Assembly: GCA_963724765.1 (NCBI GenBank)
Contig: CAVRVY010000003.1
Location: forward strand, 608,001-672,000
From: an uncultured delta proteobacterium
GTDB taxonomy: Bacteria > Desulfobacterota > Binatia > Binatales > Binataceae
Length of the DNA: 64,000 nt
Reading direction: 5' to 3'
The notes under the pieces were generated by a model. The model made no database searches, was not told the DNA's origin, and worked only from the letters and a program-made list of their open reading frames with translations. A program made the position numbers and the translations under genes. Shown here piece by piece: positions 10,467-20,845 of this stretch. Each line of letters opens with the position of its first letter. Position 1 is the stretch's first letter.

Positions 10467-11084
10467 TTACTCGGCGTCGGCCTGTCCCGAGCGCAGGTGA
10501 AACGCGATCGCGTCTTCGAGGCGGTCGTTACCCCAGAACAGTTCCTTGCCGGCCATCATCGTCGGAGCGCCGAAGATACCGTGCACCACGGCCCATTGAT
10601 TCTGCTCGCGCAGGCGCTGCTTGTTCTCCGGCGCCTCGGCGCGCTGGAGCACTTCGCGCGGCGGCTGACCGACCGTGGCTAGGATCTCCGCGATGGTTGC
10701 GGTCTGCGAAATCTCGCGGTCCTCGGCAAAGTTGGCGCGAAAGACTGCGCGCACGAAGTGCGGACACCATGGTTCCTCGGCTGCCATACAGGCGATGCGC
10801 GCCGCCAGCAGGCCGCTTCGCGGGAACTTGCTCGGGCGGCGAAACGGAATTTCGTATTTCTCGCACAGCCGCTCCATGTCGCGCCACATGTAACGGCCCT
10901 TCAGCGGATAGAGGTTGAACGGCGAGTCGCCCCATCCCTGCGACGCGAAGATCGGGCCGAGCAGAAACGGACGCCATCGCAGGCGCACGCCAGCGGCCGC
11001 CGCGACCTCGTCGATCCGCGAAGCCGCCAGATATGAGTAGGTACTCGCGAACTCGAACCAGAATTCCAGCGCTTCCTGTTCCAT
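10467..11084 (-). CDS. 2-hydroxychromene-2-carboxylate isomerase / DsbA-like protein
   Basis: FWFEFASTYSY, RWRPFLLGPIF, GIFGAPT...LFWGNDRL. Confidence 0.85.
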   Translation of the reverse strand: MEQEALEFWFEFASTYSYLAASRIDEVAAAAGVRLRWRPFLLGPIFASQGWGDSPFNLYPLKGRYMWRDMERLCEKYEIPFRRPSKFPRSGLLAARIACMAAEEPWCPHFVRAVFRANFAEDREISQTATIAEILATVGQPPREVLQRAEAPENKQRLREQNQWAVVHGIFGAPTMMAGKELFWGNDRLEDAIAFHLRSGQADAE

Positions 11085-11202
11085 GCTATTCTTGCCCGCG
11101 CAGTCTGGCCGAACGATAGCGAATCGGTGCTGCGATGGAAACGCTCGCAGCACGGGCGTGATTGGCGGCGGTAGCTGGCGAGACACCGTCGCGGACCATA
11201 GA

Positions 11203-11616
11203 ATGGTCCGTGTGATGACGGATATCCGGATTCGTACGAGCGAGCGCGTGCAGCTGGTCGATATCACCGGCGACGTTACACGCGCAGTTGAACAAAGCGG
11301 CGTCAGTATCGGGCTCTGCAATCTCTTCATTACGCATACCACCGCCGCCGTAATCGTGTCGGAAAACTGGGATCCCGACGTTACCTCCGACCTGCTGCGC
11401 CATCTCGAGCGCCTGGTACCGCTCAAGGGCGACTTCCGCCACGCCGAGGGCAATTCGCAGGCGCACATTCTTTCGGTGATGCTGAGTACGTCGATCAATA
11501 TTCCGGTGCGCGAAAACAAGCTCGCGCTCGGCCGATGGCAGGGCGTGATGCTGGCTGAGTTCGACGGCCCGCGCGAACGCACGGTGATAGTGAGCCTCGC
11601 CCGGCTCGCCGGATAG
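11203..11616 (+). CDS. yjbQ: YjbQ family (secondary thiamine-phosphate synthase) protein
   Basis: HTTAA, ENWDPDV, HAEGNSQAHI, LGRWQG...EFDGPRER. Confidence 0.9.
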   Translation: MVRVMTDIRIRTSERVQLVDITGDVTRAVEQSGVSIGLCNLFITHTTAAVIVSENWDPDVTSDLLRHLERLVPLKGDFRHAEGNSQAHILSVMLSTSINIPVRENKLALGRWQGVMLAEFDGPRERTVIVSLARLAG

Positions 11617-11654
11617 CGGACGGACGCGAGCGGGAAAACAGGCCGAGGGGGACG

Positions 11655-12617
11655 ATGGAGCAGGTTCCTGCGATTGTCAGCGATGTGGCTGCGTTGGCGC
11701 TGGGAGCGTGCGTCGGCAGTTTTGCGGTGACGGTCGCTTACCGATTGCCGCGCGACATCTCGATCGCGACCCCGCGATCGTTCTGCGAAAGCTGCGAGCG
11801 CCCGATCCCGTGGTGGGCCAATATTCCGATCTTCGCCTACCTGGCCTCGCGCGGGCGTTGCCTGATGTGCGGGGCGCCGATTCGTGCGCGCCATCTAGGC
11901 GGCGAACTCGCGCTCGCGCTGGCCGCGCTTTATCTGTATGCGAATTTTCCACTGGGCGACGCGATCGCGCGTTTCATCTTCATCACCGCGCTGCTCGTCT
12001 CCTCGCTGGTCGACTACGACTGGCGGCTCATCCCCAACCTGATCACGTTTCCCGGCGTCCCGGTGGGTTTTGTGCTGGCCGCGCTGTTTATGCCCGAGGT
12101 CGGATGGAAGAGCTCGCTCATCGGGATAGCCGTCGGCGCGGGAGTCCTGTTGGTGACCGGCTACCTTTACCAGCTCGCGCGCGGACAGGAGGGCATCGGC
12201 CTGGGCGACGTGTTCCTGCTCGCGATGGTGGGCGCGTTCATCGGATGGCAGGGCGTGCTGTTCACGCTGTTTTTTGGCGCGCTGCTCGGATCGTTTGGCG
12301 GGCTCGCGATCGGACTGTTCGGAACTCCCAGACAGGCGCCCGACCTACCGCCGAGCGCGCGTGAAGCGGCCACTGATCCAGCTCCTGCCCCGTCCGGCGC
12401 TGTGGCGGCGCAAGCTGGTACGGGATCGGCAGTCTCGCAAACCGAAGCGGCAGCGGCGATCTCAATCGATCCGCAAGCGCCCGATAGCGCGGCGGCGGAA
12501 AACGAGGAGCACGCGCTGCTCGCGACCGCGGTGCCATTCGGACCTTTCCTGTCGCTGGCGGCGGGCTTTTACACGTTCTTTCAACCGCAGCTCGTAAGCT
12601 GGTATCTATCGCGCTGA
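11655..12617 (+). CDS. pilD: Type IV prepilin peptidase
   Basis: PRSFCESC and GRCLMC Zn motifs, GIGLGDV, VPFGPFLS. Confidence 0.9.
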   Translation: MEQVPAIVSDVAALALGACVGSFAVTVAYRLPRDISIATPRSFCESCERPIPWWANIPIFAYLASRGRCLMCGAPIRARHLGGELALALAALYLYANFPLGDAIARFIFITALLVSSLVDYDWRLIPNLITFPGVPVGFVLAALFMPEVGWKSSLIGIAVGAGVLLVTGYLYQLARGQEGIGLGDVFLLAMVGAFIGWQGVLFTLFFGALLGSFGGLAIGLFGTPRQAPDLPPSAREAATDPAPAPSGAVAAQAGTGSAVSQTEAAAAISIDPQAPDSAAAENEEHALLATAVPFGPFLSLAAGFYTFFQPQLVSWYLSR

Positions 12618-13255
12618 TGGCGGCCGGCATCTTCATCACACTCGAGGGGGTCGAGGGCTCGGGCAAGACCACTCAGGCGGCGATTCTGGCCGACGAATTG
12701 CGCCGGCGCGGGCGGCGCGTGACGCTCACCCACGAGCCCGGCGGCACGCGCGCGGGCGAGGCGATTCGCGCGATCTTCCTCGATCCGGCGGTCTCATTGG
12801 GAGTCGCCTCAGAGCTCTTGCTGGTGCTGGCCGACCGCGCGCAACATGTGCGCGAGAAGCTGCGCCCAGCCCTGGAAGCCGGTGAGATCGTTATCTCCGA
12901 CCGCTATTCCGACTCGACCACCGCCTACCAGGGTCACGGCCGCGGCTTCGACCTCAAGCTGGTTGACGAGCTCAACCGGCTCGCCAGCGACGGTATCCGG
13001 CCCGCGCTCACGATCGTGCTCGATTGTCCGGTCGAGATTGGACTGGTGCGCACGCGCGCGCGCGCCCGCGGCGACGTGCGCGGCTACGACCGCTTCGAGG
13101 GCGAGCAGGTGGATTTCCATCGCCGGGTGCGCGAGGGCTTCATGACCATCGCGCGCGCCGAGCCCGACCGGGTCACGGTCATCGACTCGACGCGCGAGCT
13201 CGCCGCCGTCAGCACCGACATCCTGATCGCGGTCGAGCGGCTGGTGGGCCACTGA
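12617..13255 (+). CDS. tmk: Thymidylate kinase
   Basis: FITLEGVEGSGKTTQ, EPGG, SDRYSDSTTAYQG. Confidence 0.97.
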   Translation: MAAGIFITLEGVEGSGKTTQAAILADELRRRGRRVTLTHEPGGTRAGEAIRAIFLDPAVSLGVASELLLVLADRAQHVREKLRPALEAGEIVISDRYSDSTTAYQGHGRGFDLKLVDELNRLASDGIRPALTIVLDCPVEIGLVRTRARARGDVRGYDRFEGEQVDFHRRVREGFMTIARAEPDRVTVIDSTRELAAVSTDILIAVERLVGH

Positions 13256-14334
13256 TGCCGCTTGACGGGGTGCGCGGTAACCGCGAAACCATCGAGCGGC
13301 TCAACGCGGAACTTCTCTTTCGTCCCTCCCACGCCTACCTGCTGGCCGGTCCGCGCGGGATAGGTAAGGCGTTGGTCGCGCGCGGCTTCGCCCACGCGCT
13401 CTTGTGCGAGCGCACGCCGGGGCCCAGTTTCTGTTGCCGGGTGGAGAATTGCCCGGTGCGCGAGGCCGGAAAATCGACGCCGCGCGGACGCGGCACCGAT
13501 CGCGCGGGCGGCGCGGCGCGATGCGAGTGTTGCGCGTCGTGCGTGCAGGTCGCCGCGGGCGTGCATCCGGACTTCACCGCTATCGCGCGCGCCGAAGGCC
13601 GCAGCGAGGTGCTGATCGAGCAGGTGCGCGATCTTATCGCGCGGCTGGGTACGCGGCCGAGCCGCGGCGCGCGGCGCGTCGCGATCATCGACGACGCCGA
13701 GACGCTCGGCATCCCGGCCCAAAACGCACTCCTCAAGACGCTCGAGGAACCGCCCGGTCATGCGATCGTCTTCATGGTCGCCGAAAGCGAGCGCGCGCTG
13801 CTCGACACGGTGCGATCGCGCCTGCGGCTGGTGCGCTTCGCTCCGCTGGAGCTGGGCGACATCGAGGCGATCGTCGGCGCACGCTCCGGGGTGGACGCCG
13901 AGCGTGCCGCGGCGCTCGCGCGTCTCGCGCGCGGCAGCGCCGGGCGCGCGCTCAAGCTGGCGGGCGGCGCCGAGCCGCCGATCCGCGAGCTGCTGAACGC
14001 GCTTGGCGGCGCGCGGCGGCTGGACTTCGCCCAGGCCCAGGCATTGGCGCAGGAATTCTTCGCCAGCCGCGAGCAGGCGGCCGAGAACTTCGAGTTGATC
14101 GCGCGGGTGCTTGAGGAAATACTGTGTCTCAAGCTGATGCGAACGCAGGCGGCGGCCGCGCCCGAGGTCGCCGAGACGATGACGAAGCTGGCCGAAAGTT
14201 TCGCGCTCGAGGCGGTGCTCGTGAGCCTCAAAGGCGCGGTTGAGGCGAGCGCCGCGATTGACGCGATGGCGAATCCGCGCATGCAGGCCGAACAGTGGTG
14301 GATGACGGTGCGCGACGCACTGGGGAGCCAATAG
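13255..14334 (+). CDS. holB: DNA polymerase III delta-prime subunit
   Basis: HAYLLAGPRGIGK, Zn cysteines, HPD, AQNALLKTLEEPP; tmk-holB synteny. Confidence 0.92.
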   Translation: MPLDGVRGNRETIERLNAELLFRPSHAYLLAGPRGIGKALVARGFAHALLCERTPGPSFCCRVENCPVREAGKSTPRGRGTDRAGGAARCECCASCVQVAAGVHPDFTAIARAEGRSEVLIEQVRDLIARLGTRPSRGARRVAIIDDAETLGIPAQNALLKTLEEPPGHAIVFMVAESERALLDTVRSRLRLVRFAPLELGDIEAIVGARSGVDAERAAALARLARGSAGRALKLAGGAEPPIRELLNALGGARRLDFAQAQALAQEFFASREQAAENFELIARVLEEILCLKLMRTQAAAAPEVAETMTKLAESFALEAVLVSLKGAVEASAAIDAMANPRMQAEQWWMTVRDALGSQ

Positions 14335-14347
14335 TGGGGGGCAAATA

Positions 14348-15199
14348 GTGTCGAACCATATCGACCCGTTCGAAGGCGCTCCGCAACTGCCCCGGATTGT
14401 CGCGGTCAGCTTTCTTGCGGTCGGCCATCTCTACAACTTTCTCGCCGGCGGCCTCACGCTCAGGCGCGGCGACCGCGTGGTGGTCGAGGGCGAGACCGGC
14501 GTGCGCATCGGGACCGTCGAGGTCGAGCCGCACGAGCCCGCACGCACGCTCGACCTTCGCGCGCTCCACCCGGTGCTGCGGCTGGCCGAGGCGGGCGACG
14601 TCGACAGCGAGACGGGAAATATCGACCGCGAGGCGGCGGCGCGGCGGCTGTGCCTGCATCGCATCCGCGAGCGCAACTTGACGATGAAGCTTATCAGCGT
14701 CGATTACATGCTCGACGGGCGCAAGGCGGTCTTCTATTTCACCGCCGAGAACCGAATCGATTTCCGCGACCTCGTGCGCGACCTCGCCAACACGCTGCGT
14801 GTGCGGGTCGAAATGAAACAGATCGGCGCGCGCGACGAGACCAAGGTGACCGGCGCGGTGGGGCCGTGCGGGCGCGAGTTGTGCTGCTCGTCGTGGCTGC
14901 GCGACTTCGAGGCGATCACGGTCAAGATGGCGCGCGAGCAGGGCCTGGCGCTCAATCCGTCGCGGCTGGCCGGGATGTGCGGGCGGCTGAAGTGCTGCCT
15001 GCGCTACGAGTATTCGACTTACCTCGAACTGCGGCGCGGCCTGCCCCACGTCGGCAAGCGCGTGCAATCGGTCAAGGGCGACGGCAAGGTGTTGCGCCAG
15101 AACATCCTCAAGCAGACTGTGCTGATCCAGCGCGACGAGGACGGCGGCGTGGTCGAGGCCGCGCTGCAGGATCTGGTGGACCCGCGCCCGCAGGCTTGA
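14348..15199 (+). CDS. ricT: PSP1/RicT (YaaT) family protein
   Basis: FYFTAENRIDFRDLV, GPCGRELCC, GMCGRLKCCLRYE. Confidence 0.92.
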   Translation: MSNHIDPFEGAPQLPRIVAVSFLAVGHLYNFLAGGLTLRRGDRVVVEGETGVRIGTVEVEPHEPARTLDLRALHPVLRLAEAGDVDSETGNIDREAAARRLCLHRIRERNLTMKLISVDYMLDGRKAVFYFTAENRIDFRDLVRDLANTLRVRVEMKQIGARDETKVTGAVGPCGRELCCSSWLRDFEAITVKMAREQGLALNPSRLAGMCGRLKCCLRYEYSTYLELRRGLPHVGKRVQSVKGDGKVLRQNILKQTVLIQRDEDGGVVEAALQDLVDPRPQA

Positions 15200-15322
15200 G
15201 CCGCCCCGGCCCCGCCAAGTAGCATCGAAACGCCGCTTTTCCGCGCGTGCCGCAAGACGCGCGTGGACCGGCGCAGAAAACTACTCGCGCTGAAACTACT
15301 GCTCAGGAAACCGCATCCCCAG

Positions 15323-16870
15323 ATGGCCGAGCGCATCCACATCACGACCGCGATTTTCTACTGCAACGGCACGCCGCACGTCGGCAGTGCTTACGAGGCG
15401 CTCGCCGCCGACGTCTTCGCGCGCTACCAGCGGCGCAAGCTGGGACGCGAAAACGTGAGCTTCCTGAGCGGCACCGACGAGCACGGCGACAAAATTCGGC
15501 GCGCCGCGCTCGCCCAGGGGCTCAAGCCGCAAGCCTACACCGACAAGATGAGCGCGCTGTTCGACGAGGCCTTCCGCGGCCTCGGCGTCAGCTACGACTA
15601 CTGGGTGCGCACCACCGACGAGGTGCACCAGAAGTGGGTGCAGGAGATGCTGCGGCGCACGCACGCGCGCGGCGACATCTACTTTCGCAACTACGAGGGG
15701 TTGTATTGCGTCGATTGCGAGCGTTTCTATACCGAAAAGGAACTGCTGCCCGGCAACGTCTGTCCCACGCACAACCGCCCGGTGGAGCTCATCAGCGAGG
15801 GCAACTACTTCCTGCGTATCGAGAAATACCGCGAGCAGGTGCTGGAGCATATCCGCCGCAATCCCGATTTCATCCGGCCCGAGCGCTACCGCAAGGAGGC
15901 GCTCAACATGCTGTCCGAGCCGCTGACCGATCTCTGCATCTCGCGGCCCAAGGCGCGGCTGGATTGGGGAATCGAACTGCCTTTCGATTCCAACTACGTC
16001 ACCTACGTCTGGTATGACGCATTCTGGGCGTATGTCAGTCATCCGGCGACCAACGATCCCGATTTCGTCGAGCAGGTGTGGCCCCACACAGAGCATTTCA
16101 TCGGCAAGGATATTCTGAAGACCCACGCGGTGTATTGGCCGCCGATCCTGCTCGCCGCGGGGCTGCCGCTGTTCAAGCATCTCAATGTCCACGGATGGCT
16201 CAATTTCGGCGGCGCGAGGATGTCCAAAAGCTCGGGCAACGTGCGCGATCCGGTCTCCTACGAGCAGGCTTTCGGCGCCGACGTGCTGCGCTACTTCCTG
16301 ATGCGCGAGGTGGTCTACGGACTGGACGGCGATTTTTCCGAGGAGCGGCTGGTCGAACGCTACAACGCGGAGTTGGCCAACGACCTCGGCAATCTGAGCA
16401 GCCGGGTGCTCGCGATGGCGGGGCGGTATTTCAAGGGCGAGGTAACTGCGACGCCGGGCGCGGGCGGCGAGGAAATCGATCGCACACTCAGCGAGGAGTT
16501 TCGTGCGGCGCCCGCGCGCGCGGGCGCGATGGAGGACGAACTCGCGTTCAATCGCGGACTCGACGCGGTATGGCAGGTGCTGGATGCGGCCAACAAGTAT
16601 ATCGCCGCGACCGCGCCGTTTACGCTCGCCAAAGACCCGGACAAGCTGCCGCGCGTCGCACAGATACTAGCCAACCTGCTCGAGGGGTTGCGCGTGATCG
16701 CAGCCACGCTGGAGCCTTTCATGCCGCGGCAGGCGGCGAAGCTACTCGACCTGCTCGGCGTCGACGAGCCGGCAGCGTACGCGCCATTCGGCGCGGGACT
16801 CAAGCCCGGCGATCGCGTCAAGGCGCCGGTCGCGCTCTTCCCGCGAATCGATAAGACCGAACGCACGTAG
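15323..16870 (+). CDS. metG: Methionyl-tRNA synthetase (no C-terminal OB domain)
   Basis: PHVGSAY (HIGH), GTDEHG, RMSKSSGN (KMSKS), LFPRI end. Confidence 0.96.
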   Translation: MAERIHITTAIFYCNGTPHVGSAYEALAADVFARYQRRKLGRENVSFLSGTDEHGDKIRRAALAQGLKPQAYTDKMSALFDEAFRGLGVSYDYWVRTTDEVHQKWVQEMLRRTHARGDIYFRNYEGLYCVDCERFYTEKELLPGNVCPTHNRPVELISEGNYFLRIEKYREQVLEHIRRNPDFIRPERYRKEALNMLSEPLTDLCISRPKARLDWGIELPFDSNYVTYVWYDAFWAYVSHPATNDPDFVEQVWPHTEHFIGKDILKTHAVYWPPILLAAGLPLFKHLNVHGWLNFGGARMSKSSGNVRDPVSYEQAFGADVLRYFLMREVVYGLDGDFSEERLVERYNAELANDLGNLSSRVLAMAGRYFKGEVTATPGAGGEEIDRTLSEEFRAAPARAGAMEDELAFNRGLDAVWQVLDAANKYIAATAPFTLAKDPDKLPRVAQILANLLEGLRVIAATLEPFMPRQAAKLLDLLGVDEPAAYAPFGAGLKPGDRVKAPVALFPRIDKTERT

Positions 16871-16944
16871 CTTTCGACGCTGGTCTCAGAATCCGAAAAC
16901 GGGATCGACACCGTGCCGGCAGGTCAGCCCACCTGCGCGCTGGA

Positions 16945-17136
16945 TTACTGAAATCTGTGTCTTAGCTGCTCGATTGGTTCATCGACCACGAGGCTCAGGT
17001 CGCTGTCGAAGCAGACCTTCGTTTCCAATCGCTTTGATCCGTCATGCGCGAGCGACTCCACGCCCTCGAAGTACGCGATACGGTCGCTGTTTATCCAGAC
17101 TGACTGCCCACCTTTATTAAGCCTCACAAACGCCAT
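16945..17136 (-). CDS. Small hypothetical protein, FlbD-like pattern
   Basis: 63-aa ORF with globular composition (VWINSDRIAYFE...LVVDEPIEQL) in an A/T-richer patch. Confidence 0.55.
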   Translation of the reverse strand: MAFVRLNKGGQSVWINSDRIAYFEGVESLAHDGSKRLETKVCFDSDLSLVVDEPIEQLRHRFQ

Positions 17137-17386
17137 CTGCCGCTTCCGCCTTCTGTTCCTGGATTGGCCACCTCACGCAGGTGGCTCTTCACCCTTAAAG
17201 ATTGGCCGCGCACAATCAACACCTGCCAGTGTGTCGGTGTCCTGCGACGACCTTTACACAGCCCAAGCAGTCATTTTGGCCTCAGCGTGAATTTATTCTA
17301 AGGATGACCGAAGAAAAGAGCCTTATCGAAGAAGCGGACTCTCCTCGCTACGATGACCGGCTTCTTTTACGTGAACAATTGGCGCA

Positions 17387-18271
17387 TTACAGCTTCGCGG
17401 CCGCGTCAACCCACTTGCGCGCCGCTTCCTCGATACCCTTGGCGGCCTCTTCGGGCGTGCGCGGGGCTCGCATGTTGACGATCACGACCTCGTCGACGCC
17501 GGCATCGCGGTAGCGCGCAAGATCGTCGGGCGTGATCGGCTTGGTGTAGGGCGAAACCGCGAGCTCAACATCGGAACGCTTGCGGCCATTGGACTTGAGC
17601 AGCGACTCGATATGGCGAATTTTGTCCGCCGCCTCGCCGGGGTCGAGATTGAAACCGCACCATCCATTGCCATACTCGGCGACGCGGCGCAGCGCCGGGC
17701 CGCTCTCGCCGCCGAAGTAGACCGGCAGATTGGCGCCGCGCACCGGCTTGGGAAAGCTGCGGACGTTTTCGAAATTCACGAACTCGCCCTTATAAGAGCT
17801 GAGCGAGTCGCCCCACAACCGGCGCATCGCTTCGATATACTCGCGGGTGCGATGCGCGCGCCGCTCCCACGGGATTCCCAGCGCGCGGAACTCCTCCTCA
17901 AGCCACCCCACGCCAACGCCAAGCAGGAAGCGGCCTTCGCTCAGCGCATCGAGCGTCGCGACCACCTTGGCCAGCACCAGCGGATTGTGCTCGGGGACCA
18001 GGCAGATACCGGTGGCAAGGCGAATCTTCTCCGTTACCGACGCCATCGTGCACAGGGTCAGGAATGGATCGGCGATCGGCGCGTCGGCCGGCGCGGGCAA
18101 GGTGCCGTCGTCGCGGTAGGGATAGCGCGAGGCGTATGAATCGAGCAGCACCACGTGCTCGGGCGCCCACAGCGTCGAAAAGCCGGCCCGCTCGGCGCTC
18201 TGCGCGAACGCCTTCATCACCGCCATTCCACCCACCCGTCCCGAGACGACCGCGAAAAGTCCGACCTTCAT
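17387..18271 (-). CDS. LLM-class (probably F420-dependent) oxidoreductase
   Basis: TLWAPEHVV, LAKVVATLDALSEGRFLLGVGVGWLEEEF; AAGGAG RBS before the ATG. Confidence 0.9.
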   Translation of the reverse strand: MKVGLFAVVSGRVGGMAVMKAFAQSAERAGFSTLWAPEHVVLLDSYASRYPYRDDGTLPAPADAPIADPFLTLCTMASVTEKIRLATGICLVPEHNPLVLAKVVATLDALSEGRFLLGVGVGWLEEEFRALGIPWERRAHRTREYIEAMRRLWGDSLSSYKGEFVNFENVRSFPKPVRGANLPVYFGGESGPALRRVAEYGNGWCGFNLDPGEAADKIRHIESLLKSNGRKRSDVELAVSPYTKPITPDDLARYRDAGVDEVVIVNMRAPRTPEEAAKGIEEAARKWVDAAAKL

Positions 18272-18424
18272 GATGCGATACTCCTTGCGCGCGCCCGTAG
18301 CGGCTTGTTCATTCAAAGCCTCACTTGAAATAATCCTCCAGATAAAAGCAAGCTCAGCAAGAAACAGTTGCCAGCCGCGCGCCCAAAGCCGTCCTCAGCC
18401 GAGTGTCGACGCGACTATTTTTGA

Positions 18425-18988
18425 TTATCCTTTGTTTCGCTCTGCAAAAGCTGCGAACTCCAGGCGCGCCATCTGTTCCTTGGTCCAATGCAGGTGCTCA
18501 TCTTCCTCAGGTTCGACTTCTGAAACAGCAGGTTTGAGCACATCTCGGAGTCGCGAATCGTCGCTCTGGCGAGCAATCTTGCCGAGCATCTCCCAATCGG
18601 CATGGTCTTTGGTTTCCGCCAGAACTATGTTTTCGATGGCATTGAGTTCCGCGGCTTTAGACGGAAGGCCGTCCGGACTGGACATCGTACTCAACAGACC
18701 GTTCGCCTTTTGTTGCGCTACTTTGGCGCCAGGGCTTAGATAGTCGGGATCCAAGCCGAGCTGATCCATCACCCGAACTAAAATGCTCTCGTGCTTGCGC
18801 GTCTGTTCCCGGAAGACCTCGAACTTTTGCGAGACCTGTGAATCGGCTACGATTCTTAGCGCCTCGTCGTACAGCTTCAGTCCGCCTCGTTCCACCGCGA
18901 GGAACTCACTGAGTTTGTCGCCCAGGACTTCCATCGAGATCGTCGCGCTGCTCGCGTAGTCTTCTGCCTTCTCAATAATGTTAGCCAT
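18425..18988 (-). CDS. Ferritin-like (DUF892/YciF-like) stress protein
   Basis: Helical protein with EQTRKH, ETKDH and EEDEH metal-ligand motifs. Confidence 0.75.
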   Translation of the reverse strand: MANIIEKAEDYASSATISMEVLGDKLSEFLAVERGGLKLYDEALRIVADSQVSQKFEVFREQTRKHESILVRVMDQLGLDPDYLSPGAKVAQQKANGLLSTMSSPDGLPSKAAELNAIENIVLAETKDHADWEMLGKIARQSDDSRLRDVLKPAVSEVEPEEDEHLHWTKEQMARLEFAAFAERNKG

Positions 18989-19041
18989 TGATCAGCTCCA
19001 TATCTGCGTTAAAGATCTGGGTTAAATTGAAAGTTTGACGG

Positions 19042-20181
19042 TCAAGCGGCAGGTTTGAGAATAACCTTGGTCCAACCTTCGTCGCGGCTATCGAAATGCC
19101 GATATGCCTGGGCGGCTTCGCTCAGCGAAAGTTGGTGAGACACGATGAAGGAGGGCTTGGCTTTTCCCGCCGCAATGAGATCGCGCAACGCGCGATTGTA
19201 CGCTTTTACATTAGCCTGTCCGGTGCCAACGGTTTGTCCTTTCTTCCAAAGGAGCCCCCATTCGAAAGCGATGCGGCCGTGTTTGCTCAGTTCGTCCGCG
19301 GCGCCAGGATCCTGCGGCACAAACACGCCGACGACTCCGATTTTTCCGGTCGGCCGTACGGATCGGATAACTTTGTTCATCGTCGCATTCGAATCTTCAT
19401 GACCTTGCGGATCGTGCGCCTGGTAGCCGACGCATTCACAACCTTTGTCTGCTCCCTGGCCTTTGGTCATCGATAGAACTCGCTCCACCGCATCCTCCCG
19501 CGAGTCGTCGATTGCGAACGCGCCGATGCTTTCGGCGAGACGCAGACGATCGGGGTGCCTATCGACCACCATGACCATGCTCGCTCCCCTGAGCGTTGCG
19601 GAGTAGGCAGCCAGAAGGCCGACTGGGCCCGCGCCATACACAACCACGGATTCCCCCGGCCGAATGTCCGCCAACTCAGTAGCGTGGTAGCCAGTAGGAA
19701 AAATATCCGAGAGCATTACGTAGTCCGCTTCTTTTTCTTCAGCATCGGGAGGGAGTCGCAGACAATTGAAGTCAGCGTAGGGTACGCGGAGGTATTCGGC
19801 CTGACCTCCCTGGTAAGGACCCATGCCGGCGTAACCATACGCGGCGCCCGCGGCTCCCGGATTGGTGGTCAGGCAGAATCCGGTGAAGCCACGTTCGCAG
19901 TTTCTGCAAAATCCGCAACTTATATTGAACGGAAGACACACCCGGTCACCAACCTTTATCCGATCCACCGCCTCGCCGACTTCGATGACTCGTCCAAGGT
20001 TTTCGTGACCTAACACTTTTCCCTTTTCGACATCTGTGCGGCCTTCATACATATGCAAATCAGAGCCGCAGATGTTCGTGCTGGTAATCTTCACCAACGC
20101 ATCAGTCGGCCTTTCAAGCCGCGCGTCGGAAACTTCTTTTACCTCGACTTTTCGAGGACCGTCGTACACAACAGCCTTCAT
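19042..20181 (-). CDS. Glutathione-independent formaldehyde dehydrogenase-like Zn-dependent MDR
   Basis: TNICGSDLHMY, GHE, CGFCRNC, GGQAEYLRVPYADFN, GAGPVG. Confidence 0.9.
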   Translation of the reverse strand: MKAVVYDGPRKVEVKEVSDARLERPTDALVKITSTNICGSDLHMYEGRTDVEKGKVLGHENLGRVIEVGEAVDRIKVGDRVCLPFNISCGFCRNCERGFTGFCLTTNPGAAGAAYGYAGMGPYQGGQAEYLRVPYADFNCLRLPPDAEEKEADYVMLSDIFPTGYHATELADIRPGESVVVYGAGPVGLLAAYSATLRGASMVMVVDRHPDRLRLAESIGAFAIDDSREDAVERVLSMTKGQGADKGCECVGYQAHDPQGHEDSNATMNKVIRSVRPTGKIGVVGVFVPQDPGAADELSKHGRIAFEWGLLWKKGQTVGTGQANVKAYNRALRDLIAAGKAKPSFIVSHQLSLSEAAQAYRHFDSRDEGWTKVILKPAA

Positions 20182-20253
20182 GATCGGGTACCTCTACGAT
20201 CCATTTGGTAAAGGAGAGCGAGCGTTCAGCCGGGCTGATACGCTCGCTTACGG

Positions 20254-20739
20254 TTAGCGATTCTTGTGACTTTGGCGGCTCGCTTCCGCGTGCTGCTCTG
20301 ATGAACCACCTCGCGTTTTGTCGTCGCTCTCGCGATCTTTCGCACCGGCGTTCCCGGAATCGCTACGGTCGCGTTCATCCGATTGGCCGGCATTTTTATG
20401 GCTTTGCCGGCCCGCTTCTGCATGCTGTTCGGAAGTGCCGCCTCGCGTGCTCTCGGCATGCGAACCACCCTGTTTGGAACCGCGATCATTTTCCTGGTCC
20501 GCCGCCGACTGTCCGCCGTGAGAGTGCTCTCCACCTTTGCGGCCAATCTCGGACATGTGTCCGCGGTCGGAGCTTACCGCCTCACCGCCTTTTCGTCCTG
20601 CTTCACGTGCATCGTCGGGGCTAAATTCGTGCGCTGTTCCTTGCTCGTGCGCGGCGCGCCCGCCTTGACGAGCGATCTCTCGTTGCTTGTCGTCATCCAT
20701 AGATCCAAATCCACGATTGGAGGTGTCCTTTTCGGCCAT
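20254..20739 (-). CDS. KGG-repeat general stress protein (YciG/GsiB-like)
   Basis: RGFGSMDDDKQREIARQGG, EAGRKGG, EIGRKGG; duplicated SEQHAEAxRQSHKN. Confidence 0.88.
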   Translation of the reverse strand: MAEKDTSNRGFGSMDDDKQREIARQGGRAAHEQGTAHEFSPDDAREAGRKGGEAVSSDRGHMSEIGRKGGEHSHGGQSAADQENDRGSKQGGSHAESTRGGTSEQHAEAGRQSHKNAGQSDERDRSDSGNAGAKDRESDDKTRGGSSEQHAEASRQSHKNR

Positions 20740-20829
20740 CGTCCCAGTCTCCTTGAAATTAGAGTTTTTGTTCGGGATGGAACGATTTGTGAAGTTGGTG
20801 TTCTCACAAAGCGTTCATCTGAAATAGCC

Positions 20830-20845
20830 TTCAAGTCCTGTGCCT
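20830..20845 (-). promoter_or_regulatory. Putative sigma54-type -24/-12 promoter of the stress cassette
   Basis: Minus strand AGGCAC-AGGAC-TTGAA versus consensus TGGCAC-N5-TTGC, about 90 nt upstream of the KGG gene; GA instead of GC at -12. Confidence 0.4.
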
